Shown here: positions 19,740 through 29,314 of the stretch, piece after piece | Layout: every line of letters starts with the position of its first letter | Numbering within the stretch: the first letter of the stretch is position 1 | DNA from: Nitrosopumilus sp. | GTDB taxonomy: Archaea > Thermoproteota > Nitrososphaeria > Nitrososphaerales > Nitrosopumilaceae | Assembly: GCA_965249555.1 (NCBI GenBank) | Contig: OZ252243.1 | Location: 832,001-896,000, forward strand | Direction of reading: 5' to 3' | Length of the DNA stretch: 64,000 nt | The notes under the pieces: model-generated | Databases searched by the model: none | Told to the model about the DNA's origin: nothing | What the model saw: the letters and a program-made list of their open reading frames with translations, nothing else | Translations under genes and position numbers: made by a program

Positions 19740-20641
19740 ATGATCAGCATAGGAATTAATATTCACAAGAAGAAATGTGTTGCAACAAAATAGGAATCCA
19801 GAAAGAAGCTAGAGCAGACAAGCTTTGATAATACCACAAATGGAATAATGGGTTTTATCAAACACGTCAAAAAGACATATGGCAATGACATACAGGCAGT
19901 GTGTGAGTCAACTGCAAACTATTGGATCAGACTACATGACACACTAGAGGACCATGGAATTGATACAATTCTTGCACATCCTGCAAAGACCAAGATAATT
20001 GCACAGGCAAAGCTAAAAAACGACAAACTTGATTCAGACGTATTGGCAGGACTTGCTAAGAGCAGACATGGTGTACAGCTCATTCGTACCAGAAAAATAC
20101 TATAGAGACTATACAGTCTGGTAAGAACCAGACTGAATCGCGTGCGAAATGTATCAAAACACAAAAACATGATTTATGCAATACTTGCAAAATATGATTA
20201 CACCCACAAAGACATTCTCGCAGAAAGGAGTACGATGGTTGCATGAAATTAATCTGATAGAATGGCAATGGATGCATATCTTGATACCATAGATATGACA
20301 CAAAAACAGATCAACACAATTGAGATAAAGATTGCAGTAATGAGGATGAGAAAACAAGACTACTAATGACCATTCCTGGAATAAACTATGTCACGGCATT
20401 GACAATAATTTCAGAGATAGTTGACATCAGCAGATTTGCATCAGCAGAAAAACTAGTCTCATATGCAGGACTTGCACCATCGCACAGGAATGCAGATGTG
20501 CACCGAGGAGGCGGAATAACAAAGAGGGGTTCTGCATGGTTACGTAACGCAATGGTAGAGGCTGCAAATACTACAGTACGATTTGATGAAAGAATGGGAT
20601 CATTCTATTTCAGAATTGCAAAGAGAAGAAAACAAAGGTGA
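19740..20641 (+). pseudogene. IS110 DEDD recombinase pseudogene
   Basis: MISIGINIH (first Asp mutated to Asn), TAG at 19791, CESTANYW, KNDKLDS, later frameshifts, TIPGI..SYAGLAP..ITKRG with the catalytic Ser region lost. Confidence 0.9.
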
Positions 20642-22118
20642 CAGCTGCAAGACCGGATGCTTGCAATAATCCGGGTATATGCTAACAAATTCTGAAAGTG
20701 TATCGTACACAAAATCATGAACTGACACAACGAAAGTATAAGATGCAAGGCATATCTGAGATGTCCTGATTCAGCAAAGCATGCTAGGAAGTGTCCTCAG
20801 TAGGGTTGGAGACGATTTCGTATGGGAGTTATAATACACTGCCAACTGATACACCAACACGCAAATCAGCACGAATGATTGTACGTTCTCAAATCCTTTC
20901 ACTGGAACTGTTCTAATGCTAAACGTATCCTTGATTATTTCAAATAGTGCTTCAATTGATATTTTTCTCTGAGAATGTAATTTCCGACCAACTGCTGAAT
21001 TGTAAAACTCTATCAACTTTATTCTGTCTGGTGGCGTAGAATAGTATTTTTTGACTGGACAGATCAATCTCATGGCATTATTCTTAGTTGACTCGTATAG
21101 TTTAGAATCATCATATGCCGGATCACACCATATACTATTCATCAATCCAGAAAGTGACCCAATCAATTTCTCATATGGCTTACTGTCATGAACATTTGCA
21201 GCAGTTACACATGCAGATAATGGAACTAGCCTTTCCTGTACTACAACTCATGTGTAGTTTGTATCCATACATCCAACCCTTTGATTTGGAGAATCCCCAC
21301 AATTGGTAAATGATTCTTTTTGATGTCTGATTTGTGCCATACTGGACCTGAAGCTTTTAGCATTGAACTATCAACTGATGCTGATTCACTATTCACCAAT
21401 CCTTCTGAGACAAACAAATCTCCTACAGTGTTAACAATTTCATTGATTGGCAAGCATTGAAATCTTCTGTCAATTGTCCTTCTGTCAGGGATTTAGTCTG
21501 CAAACCTTGAGTAATTTGTCATTGGTACATTTGATTGAGAGAAAATAATGCAGTGTGTTGTCACTTGGAATTCGCATCCATGACTTTATGATGAATAACT
21601 GAACCATTAGAACAGTCGAATGGACATATGGTAATCCTCGTCTCACTGCATTCTCATACAGAGACAGTGTTCCAACCAGATACAAAACACCAATAAGAAA
21701 TGACTCACATAGAATCTTGCTAGGGATTTTTATTTGTTTTGTAATCATTTCAATGAACAAAACATAATGAGATCTTTGGCTTTTTCTATTTGAATAATTT
21801 GAGAAATCGGTTAAAAATGAGAATGGATTATGCCCATGTCTCAAGTAATATGTCAGAACTGGATAAATAGTGCAATTACTGTTTGACTAAATTAACGAAT
21901 TGCGGATCAAAAGCTAAAAAAATATATTTTATTTAATAATTTTTAGGCGATCAATTTTTTTATGTTGTAATTTTTAGTCAATATAAAAAAGGTTCTGGTG
22001 CAAAATGTGATCAGATCATCAAAATCCACTACATCTGTTTCATTCAATAAGAAAAATCTGATCGCTTTCACTATTTTATTATGATTACATTTAAAAAATC
22101 AACTTTTTAAAATACTAC

Positions 22119-23651
22119 ATGGAAAATACCGGCGATGATCTTCACCAATTACTTGAAGAAAATGAAGAAGTTGGAGAGTTAATTTCAGATAGTGAAACTC
22201 CATCATTCCAAAAATTTCGATTTAAAGCATTTTCAAATAAATTTTTTTCACCAGCCAGTATCGTAGCTGTAAAAGTTAATGATCATGATTTTCTTGTAGG
22301 CCAAATTACCACGTCTCATGAAATCAATCCTAATTTCACACCAGAAAAAGTCACACTAAGACATTCTATGAATATTCCATCGGATCATCCTGAAGAAGGT
22401 CAATCATTAACTATATTTCGTATTTATGAAGTTGAAATTGTGAATCAAGTATCTATTAATGGGAAAAACCTATCAATTTTTCCTCACGAGATATTACCAC
22501 GTGCAGGATCAAGAGTTATCATTCCTGAACAAAACATGATCAGTCAAGTTCTAGGTATAAAAAATAACAAAGAGGATGGTTTGTATGTTGGAAATTTATC
22601 CACAACAATTTCAGTAGAAAATAAAATTCCTGTAATACTAAAGCGAGAGATAATACAAAGACATATTTTTATTGGCGGTACTACAGGTGGTGGAAAATCA
22701 TATACTGCAAAAGTAATAGCTGAAGAAATTCATAAACACAATTTACCTGTGATTTTTTTTGATACTCAAGAAGAGTTTACTGCATTAACTCAAAAACTTG
22801 ATGGGGTGGTACTGCGTCCTGGAGATGATTATACCATTAAATTATCTTCTCTAACTGAAGATGAAGTATTAAATCTTGTACCATCTGTAAGTCATAGACT
22901 CCATTTAGAGATTTTATCTAGTGCATTTCTTAGACTTAGAGAAACTAAAAACAATTTTGGAACAAATGATCTGATAACAAAAATTATAGATGTTTGTAAT
23001 GATCAAAACACTCAACAAAAAACTATTGATATTATTACTCAAAGAGTCAAAATATATCTTAATTCATATAATTTCATAGGTAATGATTTTGATTGGAGTG
23101 ATATATTCAAGAAAACTAATATGATCAATATTGATTGTCATGGATTTACACGCAATCAATTACAGCTTATCCTTGCATCTACTATGAGAGAACTACAAAA
23201 ACTTCGACAAGATAAAACTGTGCCTCCATACATGATGTTCATTGATGAAGCCCATCTATTCGTTCCTGATGGTGAAACCAGTGCATGTAAACAAATTATC
23301 AGAGAAAATGTTCGGATGGGGCGTCACATTGGAATTTGCCTTGCTTTAATTACTCAAAGTCCAATTGACATAGACAAAAAAGTTATTCGACAATGTAATA
23401 CTCGATTTCTTTTTGCGTTAGAACCAGATCAATTATCTGCTCTTCAAGGTGTACGTTCTGATGCTACTAAAGAAATGATTGAAAAATTACCCAAGTCCCC
23501 AGTTGGTTCTTGTTTATTATCAGGTACTTATGAAACTATAAAACATGCAATACCTCTAGCAATACGAGAATTAGAAACTAAAGATGTAGATTCAGGAAAG
23601 GCGCCTGCTATTTTTGATGAAGTAAAAACATTGTATAAAATTGGTGAATAA
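22119..23651 (+). CDS. herA: HerA/FtsK-family ATPase (HAS barrel + DUF87)
   Basis: RHIFIGGTTGGGKS (Walker A), FIDEAH (Walker B), RMGRHIG and ITQSP motifs. Confidence 0.9.
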   Translation: MENTGDDLHQLLEENEEVGELISDSETPSFQKFRFKAFSNKFFSPASIVAVKVNDHDFLVGQITTSHEINPNFTPEKVTLRHSMNIPSDHPEEGQSLTIFRIYEVEIVNQVSINGKNLSIFPHEILPRAGSRVIIPEQNMISQVLGIKNNKEDGLYVGNLSTTISVENKIPVILKREIIQRHIFIGGTTGGGKSYTAKVIAEEIHKHNLPVIFFDTQEEFTALTQKLDGVVLRPGDDYTIKLSSLTEDEVLNLVPSVSHRLHLEILSSAFLRLRETKNNFGTNDLITKIIDVCNDQNTQQKTIDIITQRVKIYLNSYNFIGNDFDWSDIFKKTNMINIDCHGFTRNQLQLILASTMRELQKLRQDKTVPPYMMFIDEAHLFVPDGETSACKQIIRENVRMGRHIGICLALITQSPIDIDKKVIRQCNTRFLFALEPDQLSALQGVRSDATKEMIEKLPKSPVGSCLLSGTYETIKHAIPLAIRELETKDVDSGKAPAIFDEVKTLYKIGE

Positions 23652-23653
23652 TA

Positions 23654-25249
23654 ATAACTGATACTGATGAAAATTATGCTATTTCTATTCAAGAGATTTT
23701 AAATAAAGCTCAAGTTGAACGTGCTTTTGATCCTTCTGTAACTCAAACAGCCAAATTTTTAATTAGTGCAAGTTATTTTGAAGAACATGAAGATACGATC
23801 AAAAAAGTAAAAGAAAGATTATTGCACGAAGATCCAAGAAAATTATTTTTTGATTGTTTACAATTTTTGGTAAAACAAATTCAAACTTCAAATGAATCGA
23901 AAAAATTTCTTTGGGTTGATCAACTAGTAAATCTTGGTGTTCGCGGTCTCGGAATAAAGATTGATGATCTTGAATTTATTGGAAGTGATTCAAAAAATAT
24001 TTTTCGAGCAACGCCCAAATGGGATAAAATTAGAGAACATATCAACAAATATGTTTTAGGAGATACATTTTTGATATGTGTTTCTTTGGAAGATGATGAT
24101 AAAATTTGGGGTGGAGATATCCCATTAAGAATAAGTTCTAGTGATGCAACTCAACATAAATTCAAATTAACATTACCCTTTTACAACAAAACTTTTTCAA
24201 CACCAATTGTAGTTAATAATGCTGCAGGAATCATCAAAGAAAAAAATAGTTCTAAATCTAATTGGATTAAAGTTGCAGTTCCAAAAAGTACACAAGATTT
24301 TGAAGATTGGGTAATTATTGGTCCTAATGAATATCGAGATTTAGATGAAAATGATTATGATTGGGCAACAAAGTCTGCCATGGATATTGGACAATTTTTT
24401 GTGGAAGAAAGTTATATTTTCTCTCATGGCGGTACTTCAAAACGTCCGGATGTTCATTTACGTGATGGAACAATTTTTCCTCAAGATCATGCAATGAATT
24501 CTAAATCCAATAATCGTCGTGGAGAATTAACACGTGAATCTATTCTTAGAATGACTACTACATTGAAACGTGCAAAAGATCTAGGTATTCTTTATTGTGG
24601 TGTTTCAAAAAATGTTGAATTGAAAATGTATAGTATTGTGATTGATTACTATATCCGAGAAATTTTGAAAGATGAGAAATGGAATATAACTCAAAGTCTT
24701 CTGTCTGATTCTGATATTATGAGATATTTGTTACCTTCTGAAAATTTTAATGCATCTACTTTTGGTGAGATTTACATTACTTGTCCTATTATACGATCAT
24801 TTTATGTAAAAACTAATTTGAATTCTAGAACCGATAGACAGGTTCAAAATGATCTGTCATCGTTAGGTGGTATTAAACACAATAGAACAAAAACTGCTAG
24901 AAATATAGTTGAAGATGCATTAGACACAAAAATAACTATGTTTTTTGTAGGGCACACAAATTCTGACAATTACTATGTTCCTAGATATGAATTTGTATAC
25001 TATGATAATTATGCTGAAAAAATTAATGAAAAATTATCTCAGGTTTTATCAGCTATAAGGTTTGCAGTAATTGAATTAGATAATGATCATATGAGAAAAT
25101 TAGATGAACCCATACTTGTTCCACTTCCCATCATGTTTGCACATGAACTTAGTAAAACAATGGGTAAGGAATTAGTTGAAAATTGGACTTCTAGAACATG
25201 GGCTGAATACATGCGATTAAAACATGAACATTTTGATAATACCAATTAA
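23654..25249 (+). CDS. nurA: NurA-family 5'-3' nuclease with an N-terminal extension
   Basis: SSDAT, VEE, LRDGTIFP, GVSK and PLPIMFAHELSK motifs; frame open back to 23648, probable ATA start after GGTGA (track start is 23822). Confidence 0.75.
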   Translation: MTDTDENYAISIQEILNKAQVERAFDPSVTQTAKFLISASYFEEHEDTIKKVKERLLHEDPRKLFFDCLQFLVKQIQTSNESKKFLWVDQLVNLGVRGLGIKIDDLEFIGSDSKNIFRATPKWDKIREHINKYVLGDTFLICVSLEDDDKIWGGDIPLRISSSDATQHKFKLTLPFYNKTFSTPIVVNNAAGIIKEKNSSKSNWIKVAVPKSTQDFEDWVIIGPNEYRDLDENDYDWATKSAMDIGQFFVEESYIFSHGGTSKRPDVHLRDGTIFPQDHAMNSKSNNRRGELTRESILRMTTTLKRAKDLGILYCGVSKNVELKMYSIVIDYYIREILKDEKWNITQSLLSDSDIMRYLLPSENFNASTFGEIYITCPIIRSFYVKTNLNSRTDRQVQNDLSSLGGIKHNRTKTARNIVEDALDTKITMFFVGHTNSDNYYVPRYEFVYYDNYAEKINEKLSQVLSAIRFAVIELDNDHMRKLDEPILVPLPIMFAHELSKTMGKELVENWTSRTWAEYMRLKHEHFDNTN

Positions 25250-26286
25250 CTTGCTATGAATAATAATTCTCTATTAGAATGACTACTTAAAGCATAACGA
25301 TGATTTTTTCGTTTAATGGTAATTTTTTTCTTATATTTTTTTAATAATTTCACCATTTCCAGTTCATTTGGCATTCCATTACTATTGTAAGAAATTATCA
25401 ATGTACTATGTTGAAATTTTTTAATTAATTTTTCAAATAGATTATAGATTTCTAATTTATTCATCCAGGGATTATTTTCTGAACATAATTGTTTTGTACG
25501 TGTTGAATAATCTATCATTTTATTCCATTTAGTATGATTTGCCAATCCTTCAAGAAAATGATAATACGCTCTATAATTGACAGGTTTTTTATGAGACATG
25601 TATGGAGAATCAATATATACTAAATCATGATTTCGTGGAAGTGAAAAAACATCTAAGTTATATGCTTTATTTTTTTTATTATTATCAAAAACTTTAGAAT
25701 TAATTTCATTTACAAATTTTTTGAAATGTGTTTCAAATGGAGTATCCCAAGTTGTTTTATTTCCATGATATCTATCAACATCAGCTAATCTCATGTATAG
25801 ATTTGTCCTATGAAATAAATTATATGGTCTTTTACTAATACATGATTGAAATAATGCATTGTATGCCAATGGCCTTTTTCGATAATTTAAATGCTTTATG
25901 TTTGTGATTACTTTATCTAACCAATGATTTTCTTTGGTAGTATAATACATTGATTTGAATGTGTGTTGTATAAACTTGGTATATTTTATATCTGTATGAT
26001 AAGTTAAGATAAAATCTACATCTTTTTTGGATAGTTTATGATTATTATTTTCAATGATAGATTTTCCTATTAAATAATTGAATCTTAAATTATCATTATA
26101 AGTAATTCGTTTACCTTTGAGTTTTAACAAATATCCAATTGTCCCTGTTCCTCCAAAACATTCTAGAACGGAATTATATTCTATATCTTCCAAATTCTTC
26201 AGTATCCAATTAGATATACTCAATTTACTACCTAGATATCTTGTAGATGGGGCTAGAGTTCTTTTTTGCATATTTTTTCTTATCAT
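25246..26286 (-). CDS. D12-class N6-adenine DNA methyltransferase (M.FokI-domain-like)
   Basis: RYLGSK, ECFGGTG, ND and motif IV YIDSPY; ISYNS. Confidence 0.88.
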   Translation of the reverse strand: MIRKNMQKRTLAPSTRYLGSKLSISNWILKNLEDIEYNSVLECFGGTGTIGYLLKLKGKRITYNDNLRFNYLIGKSIIENNNHKLSKKDVDFILTYHTDIKYTKFIQHTFKSMYYTTKENHWLDKVITNIKHLNYRKRPLAYNALFQSCISKRPYNLFHRTNLYMRLADVDRYHGNKTTWDTPFETHFKKFVNEINSKVFDNNKKNKAYNLDVFSLPRNHDLVYIDSPYMSHKKPVNYRAYYHFLEGLANHTKWNKMIDYSTRTKQLCSENNPWMNKLEIYNLFEKLIKKFQHSTLIISYNSNGMPNELEMVKLLKKYKKKITIKRKNHRYALSSHSNRELLFIAS

Positions 26287-26380
26287 GTTGAAAGATATCT
26301 GTTTCGGTTTTGGATTAGAAAATTTAAAAATTACATTATTTTTGAAAAAAAGATAAGTGTGTGATTAAATTAGCAGTTTT

Positions 26381-27118
26381 ATGAGCGCCATCTCTGAAAC
26401 TACTCAGACATATACTTTTGTAGAAAGAAAAGAAGAGGGTATTCTAGTTCTTATGGATAGACTAGGTACAAAAGGAATTTGGAAACAAAATGATCCAAAT
26501 GTTATAATAAATGATTGGTCAATATTTATCAAATTAATCAAAAAACATTTTGTTGAAGAATTAAAGAAAAAATATTATGATGTGAAATTTACTGTGTTTT
26601 CTGACACCATTTTCATTACTGTTTATGGAGGAGAAAAAGAAGAATCTATTCTTGATGTCGGTGCTGCGTTAGTTTGGATTATGGCTTCAAGTATAGGAGC
26701 TGGTTTTCATTTTAGAGGTTGTTTAAGCTATGGTTTGATTGTAGAATCTACAAATTCGATCATTGGATCTGCTATTGATGAAGCGGCAGAATATCACACA
26801 TTACAACAATGGATTGGACTTTCTGCTGCACCAAGTGTTCATAATATTCTTGAAAGAATAGATCCATCTAGATTAAAATCAAAAAATAAAGGACCAACAT
26901 ATGTTCAATATGATATTCCTCTAAAAAATTCCACAGAAAAAAATGGATGGGTTATTAATTGGCCCATGCTCAATTCTGATATTAATACTGAACATGATGG
27001 TAAAACATTTTCTTCAATTGAACAATATGTGGAATATAAATTGGAAACAGTAACAGCAATTCCTTATGTCTTTAAATGGAGAAATACTTTAGATTTTCTT
27101 AGACAATTTAAACAATAA
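26381..27118 (+). CDS. Class III nucleotidyl-cyclase-like protein
   Basis: MDRLGTK, FSDT, FRG.LSYG and IG.AIDEA motifs. Confidence 0.65.
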   Translation: MSAISETTQTYTFVERKEEGILVLMDRLGTKGIWKQNDPNVIINDWSIFIKLIKKHFVEELKKKYYDVKFTVFSDTIFITVYGGEKEESILDVGAALVWIMASSIGAGFHFRGCLSYGLIVESTNSIIGSAIDEAAEYHTLQQWIGLSAAPSVHNILERIDPSRLKSKNKGPTYVQYDIPLKNSTEKNGWVINWPMLNSDINTEHDGKTFSSIEQYVEYKLETVTAIPYVFKWRNTLDFLRQFKQ

Positions 27119-27328
27119 CCAGAAGATTAATGCTTGCTAACAAAACATCGTATACCTAGATCCAAAGGACTTAGATCCATCTAAATCATGGAATAGGATC
27201 ATTTTTAAACAATATTTGAATAATACATCGATCAGACTCTAATCAGACCAAACTAAATTAACAGCTTGTTGAAATCAAACTCACAAGAGCGGATAAAGGA
27301 ATATGTGCTATAATAAAATTGATAATAC

Positions 27329-27508
27329 ATGCAAGCAATACTATAGTCCAACAAGATAGTTTTTACAAAAGAACAAGTCTTAGAAATTACAAAGTTTGAA
27401 AATGAGTTAGAAGCAGAAAACGTAGAGTTCGCCTTTGAGGGTTCAAATCTAGAAGGCAAAGCATACTTGGAAGGAATTATCAACATTGTGGAAACTGTCA
27501 ATCACTAA
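27329..27508 (+). pseudogene. Putative small acidic antitoxin with a nonsense codon
   Basis: MQAIL*SNKIVFTKEQVLEITKFENELEAE...; TAG at 27344; overlaps the next start. Confidence 0.4.
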
Positions 27509-27631
27509 AAAATTTGTGATTCAGTTAATCAAACTTAGTAGTGAGAATCAAAAATTTGTAATGGATAATGTCAGATATATAATTAAAGTGGCTGATATTA
27601 ACAGTCCATTTGATATTGATGTTATAGATGA
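27486..27631 (+). pseudogene. RelE/ParE-like toxin, truncated by IS110
   Basis: MWKLSITKKFVIQLIKLS..NQK N-terminus typical of RelE; reads into the IS110 end. Confidence 0.45.
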
Positions 27632-28911
27632 CTCCCATACGAAATCGTCTCCAACCCTACTGAGGACACTTCCTAGCATGCTTTGCTGAATCAGGACATC
27701 TCAGATATGCCTTGCATCTTATACTTTCGTTGTGTCAGTTCATGATTTTGTGTACGATACACTTTCAGAATTTGTTAGCATATACCCGGATTATTGCAAG
27801 CATCCGGTCTTGCAGCTGTCACCTTTGTTTTCTTCTCTTTGCAATTCTGAAATAGAATGATCCCATTCTTTCATCAAATCGTACTGTAGTATTTGCAGCC
27901 TCTACCATTGCGTTACGTAACCATGCAGAACCCCTCTTTGTTATTCCGCCTCCTCGGTGCACATCTGCATTCCTGTGCGATGGTGCAAGTCCTGCATATG
28001 AGACTAGTTTTTCTGCTGATGCAAATCTGCTGATGTCAACTATCTCTGAAATTATTGTCAATGCCGTGACATAGTTTATTCCAGGAATGGTCATTAGTAG
28101 TCTTGTTTTCTCATCCTCATTACTGCAATCTTTATCTCAATTGTGTTGATCTGTTTTTGTGTCATATCTATGGTATCAAGATATGCATCCATTGCCATTC
28201 TATCAGATTAATTTCATGCAACCATCGTACTCCTTTCTGCGAGAATGTCTTTGTGGGTGTAATCATATTTTGCAAGTATTGCATAAATCATGTTTTTGTG
28301 TTTTGATACATTTCGCACGCGATTCAGTCTGGTTCTTACCAGACTGTATAGTCTCTATAGTATTTTTCTGGTACGAATGAGCTGTACACCATGTCTGCTC
28401 TTAGCAAGTCCTGCCAATACGTCTGAATCAAGTTTGTCGTTTTTTAGCTTTGCCTGTGCAATTATCTTGGTCTTTGCAGGATGTGCAAGAATTGTATCAA
28501 TTCCATGGTCCTCTAGTGTGTCATGTAGTCTGATCCAATAGTTTGCAGTTGACTCACACACTGCCTGTATGTCATTGCCATATGTCTTTTTGACGTGTTT
28601 GATAAAACCCATTATTCCATTTGTGGTATTATCAAAGCTTGTCTGCTCTAGCTTCTTTCTGGATTCCTATTTTGTTGCAACACATTTCTTCTTGTGAATA
28701 TTAATTCCTATGCTGATCATACCATCACCTCCTTTTTGATCAAATTGCCTGATCTAGCGGAATGCTCCCATTTGCCATCTATGTGGTATTTTGTTTTCCG
28801 CTCACTTTGAGTTAGTCTGTGTAACGCCCTTGTACATGGCAGTAATAATTCAACTCTCAGGCCCAACAGTAGGTATACATCACAAGATATGAAAAAGATT
28901 TTGTATAACGT
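27632..28911 (-). mobile_element. IS110-family element, copy 2 (same lesions as copy 1; bridge-RNA region about 28738-28873)
   Basis: CT cores at 27632-33 and 28912-13; identical ORF fragments. Confidence 0.9.
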
Positions 28912-29013
28912 CTGTGTAATTGGAAGTGAGAATCCAAGGATTGTGAAAAGAATGCTTTGTTGTTAGAGAAAAGTTTTGGTTTTATTTTTGTAAATCATTA
29001 TGCTCAAGTCTCA
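28912..29013 (+). mobile_element. Isolated 3' tail and TIR of the DDE IS
   Basis: Encodes CVIGSENPRIVKRMLCC-stop, then TTATGCTCAAGTCTCA. Confidence 0.85.
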
Positions 29014-29030
29014 GTTAACTATATTAGAAC

Positions 29031-29288
29031 ATGAAAGATAGGAAAATTATGAGTCCAGGAATCGGTCTGATGAAAAGAAGACTGGAAAAGGAAAAAGAAG
29101 CAATCGTACTTGCAGTATCTGGAATTGCAAAAAAATACGATGTAAAACCAGATGATATCAAAACGCTAGAAACAAAGTATCATGATGATGCAGGAGATTG
29201 GTATGTTGCATTAGGCTGGGATGAGAAAAAGGCAATTATTCAGATGGATTCTGTTCAGGGAACAATTACTGAAATTAAAGAAATTTAA
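29031..29288 (+). CDS. Small hypothetical protein
   Basis: Plausible ORF co-oriented with the SDR gene. Confidence 0.7.
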   Translation: MKDRKIMSPGIGLMKRRLEKEKEAIVLAVSGIAKKYDVKPDDIKTLETKYHDDAGDWYVALGWDEKKAIIQMDSVQGTITEIKEI

Positions 29289-29314
29289 TTATCAAGCAAT
29301 ATTTTAAAAATAAC

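Larger units (their letters stand above)
19549..20828 (+). mobile_element. IS110-family element, copy 1 (inactive recombinase)
   Basis: No TIRs; 2-bp core AG (CT on the minus strand) at 19547-48 and 20827-28; excision restores the host ORF. Confidence 0.9.
19442..20829 (+). repeat. 1388-bp inverted repeat, copy 1
   Basis: Reverse complement of 27631-29018; ends and all ORFs mirror exactly (coordinates sum to 48460). Confidence 0.95.
19494..21748 (-). pseudogene. DDE transposase pseudogene (frameshifted and split by IS110)
   Basis: Fragments MITKQ..., SVDSSMLKA, CDPAYD, R..IEALF; removing IS110 restores VYYN-CVIGSENPRIVKRMLCC-stop. Confidence 0.85.
19447..21843 (-). mobile_element. DDE (DDE_Tnp_1-type) insertion sequence, degraded and interrupted by IS110
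   Basis: TIRs TGAGACTTGAGCATAA (19447) and TTATGCCCATGTCTCA (21828-21843), 14/16 match. Confidence 0.85.
27631..29018 (-). repeat. 1388-bp inverted repeat, copy 2
   Basis: Mirror of 19442-20829. Confidence 0.95.

Noticed and set aside
21991-22004. GGTTCTGGTGCAAA resembling an IS6 TIR
   Set aside because: Single short match with no partner end or transposase
20771-27689. Shared C-terminus SHTKSSPTLLRTLPSMLC on two ORFs as a peptide tag
   Set aside because: It is read-through into the same IS110 end
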